Source: an uncultured Terracidiphilus sp. (GTDB lineage: Bacteria; Acidobacteriota; Terriglobia; Terriglobales; Acidobacteriaceae). From it: DNA of 43,314 bases. The notes beneath the pieces are model-generated. The model searched no databases. It was not told where the DNA came from and saw only the letters and a program-made list of their open reading frames with translations. The position numbers and the translations under genes are program-made. Shown piece by piece: positions 37,016 to 43,314 of the stretch. The stretch's first letter is position 1. Each line of letters begins with the position of its first letter. The stretch lies in NCBI GenBank assembly GCA_964486495.1, contig CAZANC010000001.1, positions 1 through 43,314 of the forward strand. The letters run 5' to 3'.

Positions 37016-37135
37016 CTAATCAGTAACGATCCGAGAATGATTGTTGAAACGGATGCTGAGCACCACTCTTGGAAAGCCAATGCTGGAGCGCAGCACGGAT
37101 CAGCAACGAGAACTCAAACGTTAAAAGGAGAAGTA

Positions 37136-37552
37136 ATGCAGAAGTGTGCAAGGATTCTGTTCGCGGTGGCTTTCGTTCTTGGGCTCAGCGGGGCTGCCGA
37201 GGCGGAGAGCCAAGACGAAATAATTGTTTCGCTGCCTTTCAATTTTGTGGTCGGTGGAACGACACTACCCGCGGGCACATACGCTGTGGATCGTATATCG
37301 ATTAGTGTAACCAGCCCGTTGTAGTTCACCAGCCGTGACAACGGTACAACCGTGTTTGTGACCCCTACTACACGCGAAAACGCTTCCGGCTCCATGCCTA
37401 AGGTGAGTTTCAAGCGAGCTGGGGGAGAGAACTTCCTCAGTGCAATTCAGACCGGAGAGTACATTTATCAATTTCATGTATCTCAATCGGAGTTACTGGA
37501 GGCCGCTGCGAGATCAGGCAGCAACGCTCCTGTTTCAGGCGGAAGCGAGTAG
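37136..37552 (+). pseudogene. Small secreted protein interrupted by an in-frame TAG (37322-37324)
   Basis: AAGGAG RBS, signal peptide, 'LPFNFVVGGTTLPAGTY'. The frame continues after TAG (FTSRDNGTTVF...) to the stop at 37552. Confidence 0.7.
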
Positions 37553-37759
37553 ATTGCCGGCCGCTGTGAACCATGGCCTCAACACGAACCCGCACGTTCT
37601 CCCGCACATGCAGGACGCGGCCGCTATGAAGGTTGAAGCACTCTTGATGGCTGCGTGAAATATGTCGGAGCAATTGTCCGCCCGGTTCCAGACAATTGCT
37701 CCGACATCTCCATTGATCGACAATCTTTCGCAGGATGCAGAGTCGCGCAGGCAGGCTAT

Positions 37760-38051
37760 GCATGAATATTCAGCGCTCTCAGCGGAACGCGAACATGGCG
37801 GGAAGGCGGAGCGATTTTCCGGAAATTGCCTTCGCGATCTGCTTCATCACGTGATTGTGCTAAACGGGCATCATCTCGCACGCCTGATGACGGATTACGT
37901 CCGCTATTCCCATGATGACCGGACTCATCTCGGATTGAACAAGCAGACCCCGGTTCGAAGCAAAGCGGCGGTTCAAAGGCCGGCGAATACGAAGGTCACT
38001 TCGATGCCGAGGCATGGCGGTGTGCACCACTGGTACGACTTCGCCGCTTAG
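37760..38051 (+). mobile_element. Remnant of an integrase-core (rve-type) transposase, C-terminal part
   Basis: AERF...LRDLLHHVIVLN..HL.RL...Y..Y...RTHLGL.KQTP...GGVHHWY..AA signature; N-terminus missing. Confidence 0.78.
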
Positions 38052-38258
38052 GGCCTGACCGATCCTCTTGCGCTGTAATGACCACAGCGCAAGCTGGAAC
38101 CGAGGCCAAATGTGCTTGGCTGGCCACTCCTCGTGCAGATTTCGATTTTCGCAGCAATCAGGCCACGCCCTTTCGAGCTTTATCGCACCACAACTGCTCG
38201 TGGTATCAGTTAAGAGTCGGACAATTTTGGCGCCGGATTCATTTTGGCGAGACACGCC

Positions 38259-40784
38259 TTACCGAAATTCCAGGTTTGCTCCTTTGCCGTCATCCGCCAT
38301 CCGGAAAACCACCTCCCGCTTGCTTTGGCTCTTGCTCGCGGCAACCTTTTGCCCGTTGACCAGAACTTCGCCTGTCGACGGTGTCCACCCGTAGATCTCG
38401 ACCCGTATCTCCTTCCACCAGGCGCGGAAAGATCCTTGGTGCGCTCCGATTTCGATTTCCATGCCGTTCGGCGTGATCCGGCAACCGAAGTTCATCCTCA
38501 AATAGGCTCCCTGCTGAAAGGCATAACTCTTGCCATCATCGATGTAAACGCTTCCTGTGCACGGGACGCCAGCATAGATGCGTAGCGTGAGCGGTCCCTG
38601 CGGAGTTTCGTCGGTACTTTGAACGAGCGGCGCCATGGGCAGGATGGCGCCGGAGCGCACGAAAACCGGAAGCTCGTCGAGGCGCGGCGTCACGCGAACC
38701 GCCAAAGGTTGCATTGCATTCTTTTCAGATGCCGGATCGAATAGGGCCGTAACAGGTAGCGGAAGAGCAAGCGCATGGACGCGCTCGCCGGTCCAGAAAT
38801 CGTACCAGCCGGAGCCGGGGAGTTCAGCCTGGTACTCGTCCAGCTCGTCGGGAAACGGCGGCGGGGCGACGAGCAGATCGGGCCCAAGAAGAAACTCACC
38901 CGAGGCGGCCGCATCCAAATCAATCGGATGCCGATCGGGCGTGGCATCGGGGAACTCCAAAAACAACGGTCTCTCCAGCGGCAGTCCAGTGCGCGAGGCT
39001 TCTTCGGCAAGAGTATAGAGGTACGGCATCAGTTCGTAGCGGGTCTCGATGAAATGCCGTCGAATAGCCTCCTGCGCTGTGCCACCGACCCACGGCTCCT
39101 TGTCGCCCGCACCTTTCTCGCTGTGATCGCGATCGATGGGCTGGAAGCTGGCGATTTCAATCCACTTCGTCATCAGATCAGGAGTGGGAGTTCCGGCGAA
39201 CCCACTGACGTCGGCGCCGCTCAGTGCGAAGCCGCTGAGCCCGAGATTCTCCAGCATGGGCGTGGTCATGCGCAGATGGTTCCAGCTGCTGCTGTTGTCT
39301 CCGGTCCACGTGGCCGCATACCGCTGCCCTCCCGCATATGTGGCCCGCGTCAGCACAAAGGGGCGGCTATCGGGATCGAGCGCGCGCAGACCGTCGTACG
39401 TGGCACGTGAGTTCTCCATGCCGTAGACATTGTGAATCTCGCCATGTGTAGCAATGCGCGGCGCAAACCCTGGCTCGTCGATGCGGTGCACCACATTCAA
39501 AGGCATGGTAAAAGTGGGCGAATTGAAGATCGACGGCTCATTCATATCGTTCCAAAAACCTTCTGCGCCGTCCTCGCGAAACTCGCGATAGAGCGATCCC
39601 CACCACGCGCGCGTCTGCTGTCGTGTGAAATCGGGAAAAACACTGGGCCCCGGCCAAACCGTGCCGGTATAAACCGAGCCGTCGGAATTCTTCACGAAGT
39701 GATCCCCGGCCAGTCCGGAATCATAGGGCGCATAATCCGGCCCCGGACAGTCGGCGATGTGCGGATCGGTGATCATCACCAGATGAAAGTTCTTCGCTTT
39801 CATTTGCGCAATCATGCCGCGTAGATCGGGAAAGTCTTCCCGATCCACGGTGAATGGCCGGTTCTTATGTTGGTAGTCGATGTCCAGATACATGGCGTCT
39901 GCCGGAATACGGTCAGCGCGCAGGCGATCGGCAACTTCAAGCACGCGCGACTGGGGCGTGTACGTGTAACGCGACTGCTGGTAACCAAGCGACCATAAAG
40001 GCGGGAGCGGCGGCGTTCCCGTGAGCCATGCATATGTTTCCACCACCTGCTTGGGGCTGGGCCCATAGAAAATGTAGTAATCCACCGGGCCGGCGACTGC
40101 ACCGAAGGAATAAACCTCGGGTGATTCCTTTCCGAAGTCGAAACTGGTGCGCCAGGTATTGTCGAGAAGCACGCCCATCGCCTGACCCGCGCGATACGCC
40201 ATAAAATACGGAATGCTCTTGTAGAGCGGGTCGGTGGACTCCTGGAAGCGATAGGCGTCCGTGTTCCAGAGCGTGAAGGCCTCGTTGCGCCGGTCGAGCG
40301 GTCCTGTCTTGTCGCCCAGGCCGAAGAAATGTTCATCCCGCGGCATCGCCTTATAGATGCGAAACGAGTCGCCATCAAATCGCAACGGCTGCGCATCCTG
40401 CTGCAGAATTTCTCCGGTTAGGTCCCGGACGGTGATCTTGAGAGAGTGTGCATCGACGGCAACAATGAGTGCCTTGGTCCGGAATCCGAAATGATCTGCG
40501 TTGTTGTCGGGGGTTACGGGCACGGCCGCATGACGCGCCGTGGCCAGTACAGCCCACGACGCATCCTCAGGCGGCGTCTCTCCACGCCAGGCGCGAATGC
40601 GCAAAACGTCATCGCGCAGCGCCGTAATCCGTTCGTTCAATCCTTCACAGCGTATTTCGACTCCGTTAGGAAGCGCGTTGGCTGCGGCCTGTGGAGCAGT
40701 CGGCGCCGAATTTGACTGCGCCCCGACCATCGCAGAAGCCGTCAAGGCGATCATCGTTGCCATAAGAGTGCGGTTGAAACGCAT
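38259..40784 (-). CDS. GH31 glycoside hydrolase (alpha-glucosidase-like), secreted
   Basis: FWNDMNEP nucleophile motif, WTGDN acid/base, YLDIDY, GADVSGF; signal peptide. Confidence 0.95.
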   Translation of the reverse strand: MRFNRTLMATMIALTASAMVGAQSNSAPTAPQAAANALPNGVEIRCEGLNERITALRDDVLRIRAWRGETPPEDASWAVLATARHAAVPVTPDNNADHFGFRTKALIVAVDAHSLKITVRDLTGEILQQDAQPLRFDGDSFRIYKAMPRDEHFFGLGDKTGPLDRRNEAFTLWNTDAYRFQESTDPLYKSIPYFMAYRAGQAMGVLLDNTWRTSFDFGKESPEVYSFGAVAGPVDYYIFYGPSPKQVVETYAWLTGTPPLPPLWSLGYQQSRYTYTPQSRVLEVADRLRADRIPADAMYLDIDYQHKNRPFTVDREDFPDLRGMIAQMKAKNFHLVMITDPHIADCPGPDYAPYDSGLAGDHFVKNSDGSVYTGTVWPGPSVFPDFTRQQTRAWWGSLYREFREDGAEGFWNDMNEPSIFNSPTFTMPLNVVHRIDEPGFAPRIATHGEIHNVYGMENSRATYDGLRALDPDSRPFVLTRATYAGGQRYAATWTGDNSSSWNHLRMTTPMLENLGLSGFALSGADVSGFAGTPTPDLMTKWIEIASFQPIDRDHSEKGAGDKEPWVGGTAQEAIRRHFIETRYELMPYLYTLAEEASRTGLPLERPLFLEFPDATPDRHPIDLDAAASGEFLLGPDLLVAPPPFPDELDEYQAELPGSGWYDFWTGERVHALALPLPVTALFDPASEKNAMQPLAVRVTPRLDELPVFVRSGAILPMAPLVQSTDETPQGPLTLRIYAGVPCTGSVYIDDGKSYAFQQGAYLRMNFGCRITPNGMEIEIGAHQGSFRAWWKEIRVEIYGWTPSTGEVLVNGQKVAASKSQSKREVVFRMADDGKGANLEFR

Positions 40785-40855
40785 GAATGACTCCTGGATG
40801 CAAAACTGTTCGAAAGTCTGAGAGGATGAGTAAGAGAAGATGGGGCGAGACGGTG

Positions 40856-42817
40856 TCAGGGCGCACCGGGCCGGCTGGCAGACGACTCCAGCGGCGCCAG
40901 GTCGGGATCCTGAACCTGCTTGAAGCCTCGGACGTCGCGCTGTTGTTTGATCGTCTTCATGCGATTGAGCGCATCGGTCGCATCCCTGGTGTCGCCAATT
41001 TGGCGGTAAAGGCGAGCGAGCAAGTATTGGACCGAACCGTCTTCATCGCTTGGCGCTCCGAGCTTGAGTTGTTCGATCGCCTCCTGGGTTCTGCCGGTTT
41101 CCGCGTACACTTTGCCCAGGAGCGCGTGAATGCGTGGAAGCACCTGCAGCTTGCCGCTGAGACTCCTGTTGAGATACGGCTCAGCCTCTGCGTACCGGCG
41201 CTGACCGACCAGCGCCTCAGCCACAATCAGGTTCAATTCCGGATCATTCGGGCTGCGCAGCAGTGCCGCCTGAGCAATCTCCATTGCGCCTGCGGAATTA
41301 TTATTGCTGAGATAGACGGTCGCCAGGCCGAGCATAGCGGCGGGATCGCCGGGGGCGAGGGCCAGCGCTTTCGAGTACTCGGTCTGCGCATCGTCCGGCC
41401 GATCCAACTGGTGATAAATATCGCCGAGGAGGACGTGGCTTCGCGCGGAGTCGGGCTCGAGGTCCTGGAAGCGCGCCAGAGAGTCAAACGCCAGCCGCTC
41501 ATTGGCCTGGATCGACCAATACAGCGCCTCGAGCGAATGCGGCGGCTGCGCCCGCAAAATGCTCGCCGCGTTGGCCGCACCCTGATTGTCGCCGGTGAAA
41601 AACGCGCAGGCCGCAAGAAGGCGCAGCTGCGGCGCGCTCAAAGCAGCAGGTTTTGCCTCGAGGCGGCGGGCGCACTCTTCAAAGTGTCCCGCCTCGTAGT
41701 CCTGTTGCGCCGTGCGCTCCGCGCCATTAGATGCCGCGGCGACTGACTTGGCCATTACGGACGGAGCCACACCGGGATCTGTTGTCGCCTGGCCGGAGAG
41801 ATTGAAGGCAACCATCAGTGCGCTGCTCAAATCGGGTGGCAATTCTCCGTTCGCCCCGCCCAGCAATGCGCCGGCAGAGTCCGACGCCTTCTCCGCCGGC
41901 AAACCTTCCAGCAGGACCGCGGCGTTCGACTCGACGAAGCCATGGTCGCGGTCCCATAATTCGTTCAGCAGCTTCACAGCCTGCGCGGCCTCGCCGCCAT
42001 CGAGGGCCAGCCTCGCTTGGCCCAGAATCGCCAGACCGCATTCCGGATGCGCTGCAAGTTCTGAGGAAAATGCTGCGCTCGCACCCTCATGATCGCGCGC
42101 TCTCAAAAGCGCAAATCCCCATTCCGATCTGAGGCACGGAGGCTGATCCTTGACATCGAGCAGGGTCTTGTAAAGGCTCGCGGCTTCGCTGAATCGCGCC
42201 TGCTTTGCCAGCGACTCGGCATAGAGGGCGCCCGAGAACGGCGACTCCTTGCCTTCTTTCGACATCGTGCGCGCGTCATCTTCCACCTCGTCGAGGCGGG
42301 CGATGCCCAGAGTGAACCATGCGGCGCCGAGCTTGGGATCGAGAGAAGTGGCGCGCTCAAGCTCGTAAGCAGCCGCGTGAAACTTTCGCAGGGCGATATA
42401 CGTGCGGCCCAGCGCCAGGGGCGCTTGCGGATCGTTTTTGTTCAGTTTCTCCGACGCCAGCAAATAGGGAACCGCCTCCTGCGCCTTGCCAAGGTGCGCA
42501 CTGTCGATCCCAAGGAAAAGATTGGGTACGTATAACGAAGGATCGAGACGACGGGCGTGCTGAAAACTCACAATTGCTCCTGCAATATCTCCGCACTCGT
42601 GTTGCATCAGTCCGAGATTGGCCCAGAGCTGCGGCATATTCGGCTCGATTCTCACAGCCTGCTTGTAGTCGTTGGCCGCGGCCGCATAATCTCCCATCGC
42701 CTGAGCCTGTTGAGCCGCGGCAAGCACGGAGTCAATTTTGGGGGCCGGCGTCTGCTGGCCGAATCCGATCATGGATCCGGCCAGCAGAACAAGCGGGAGT
42801 CGGGCGGAATTGTTCAC
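40856..42817 (-). CDS. Tetratricopeptide-repeat protein, secreted
   Basis: Many TPR units (e.g. QLWANLGL, AWFTLGI, HVLLGDIY, HALLGKVY). Start moved to GTG 42817 to avoid overlap with the upstream receptor. Confidence 0.88.
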   Translation of the reverse strand: MNNSARLPLVLLAGSMIGFGQQTPAPKIDSVLAAAQQAQAMGDYAAAANDYKQAVRIEPNMPQLWANLGLMQHECGDIAGAIVSFQHARRLDPSLYVPNLFLGIDSAHLGKAQEAVPYLLASEKLNKNDPQAPLALGRTYIALRKFHAAAYELERATSLDPKLGAAWFTLGIARLDEVEDDARTMSKEGKESPFSGALYAESLAKQARFSEAASLYKTLLDVKDQPPCLRSEWGFALLRARDHEGASAAFSSELAAHPECGLAILGQARLALDGGEAAQAVKLLNELWDRDHGFVESNAAVLLEGLPAEKASDSAGALLGGANGELPPDLSSALMVAFNLSGQATTDPGVAPSVMAKSVAAASNGAERTAQQDYEAGHFEECARRLEAKPAALSAPQLRLLAACAFFTGDNQGAANAASILRAQPPHSLEALYWSIQANERLAFDSLARFQDLEPDSARSHVLLGDIYHQLDRPDDAQTEYSKALALAPGDPAAMLGLATVYLSNNNSAGAMEIAQAALLRSPNDPELNLIVAEALVGQRRYAEAEPYLNRSLSGKLQVLPRIHALLGKVYAETGRTQEAIEQLKLGAPSDEDGSVQYLLARLYRQIGDTRDATDALNRMKTIKQQRDVRGFKQVQDPDLAPLESSASRPGAP

Positions 42818-42824
42818 GAATGGA

Positions 42825-43314
42825 CTACCAGTAGAATTTTCCCGCCCACTGGACAACTCTGCCGGGGAACGCAGTTGTGATGAGACCGAAACTTCCGGGA
42901 CTGTAGAGGCTCATATTCCCAGGTCCCGGGGCATAGAAGTTCGGATGGTTGAAGGAGTTGAAAGTCTCAAAGCGGAATTGAGCCCTCATGTTCTCTCCAA
43001 TGTTCCAGTTCTTCTCAAGAGCGCTGTCCCAATTCGTAAAATGCGGTCCGCGAAGATCTGAGAGATAGCGGGGCGCGCTGCCAAAACTGCCATATGGCGC
43101 ATAGGCGAAAGATGCGATGTTGGCCCAGGAATTGGGCACTGTGCTGCTTATCTTTTGATGTGCCGGTTTTGGATTCGAAACGACATCCGGCCTGGGATCG
43201 CCGCCGTAGGAGTTCCACTGGTTTCCGAAGACGCTCAGTGGAATTCCGTCCTTGAAGGTTGCGATTCCAGAAAGTTCCCATCCGCCGACCACAGCATCGG
43301 CCATGCGGGTCATT
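42825..43314 (-). CDS. C-terminus of a TonB-dependent (Oar-like) receptor; 5' part lies outside the window
   Basis: GGWELSGI, RGP...NWD..L.K, QFRFETFN.FNHPNF, PGRVVQWAGKFYW terminal strand. Confidence 0.92.
   Translation of the reverse strand, partial: MTRMADAVVGGWELSGIATFKDGIPLSVFGNQWNSYGGDPRPDVVSNPKPAHQKISSTVPNSWANIASFAYAPYGSFGSAPRYLSDLRGPHFTNWDSALEKNWNIGENMRAQFRFETFNSFNHPNFYAPGPGNMSLYSPGSFGLITTAFPGRVVQWAGKFYW

Noticed and set aside
40787-41746. 319-aa plus-strand ORF
   Set aside because: Antisense shadow of the TPR gene with no recognisable motifs; common in GC-rich DNA.
1-43314. CRISPR arrays, tRNA, rRNA, intact integrase or defence systems
   Set aside because: No repeat-spacer arrays, cloverleaf/rRNA signatures or such proteins were found by eye.

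Overview
GC-rich bacterial DNA. The gene repertoire (Oar-type TonB-dependent receptor, TPR protein, GH31, giant SLBB exporter, TadE/TadG pilins) suggests Acidobacteriota; this is an inference. The left edge (1-1690) is the end of a Tad/Flp pilin cluster. The right edge (38.3-43.3 kb) is a TonB receptor-TPR-GH31 carbohydrate-uptake locus. A decayed mobile-element scar lies at 36.4-38.3 kb. Between them is a ~34 kb block (about 2.1-36.4 kb) of genes that look unrelated: two putative outer-membrane beta-barrel proteins, two monoheme c-type cytochromes, two cupredoxins, an OmpR/HAMP two-component system, stand-alone ribB and ribA without the rest of the riboflavin pathway, tailoring enzymes (PhyH dioxygenase, nucleotidyltransferase, two SAM methyltransferases, B12-binding radical SAM, amidohydrolase, GT1, HPr-kinase-like kinase), an ABC exporter, a GT87-beta-propeller fusion and a Wzx/Wzy-type polysaccharide locus. 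The intergenic DNA ties these together. Nine promoters in the block share one architecture: 3-4 TGACA-like pentamers at an exact 11-bp period on the sense strand, then a TAnnnT-like -10 hexamer 25-26 bp after the start of the last pentamer. This points to one self-contained regulon, probably run by the resident OmpR-family regulator. It couples a GTP/flavin-precursor tailoring pathway and a periplasmic Cu/heme redox module to capsule synthesis. The product is unknown and the functional model is a hypothesis.
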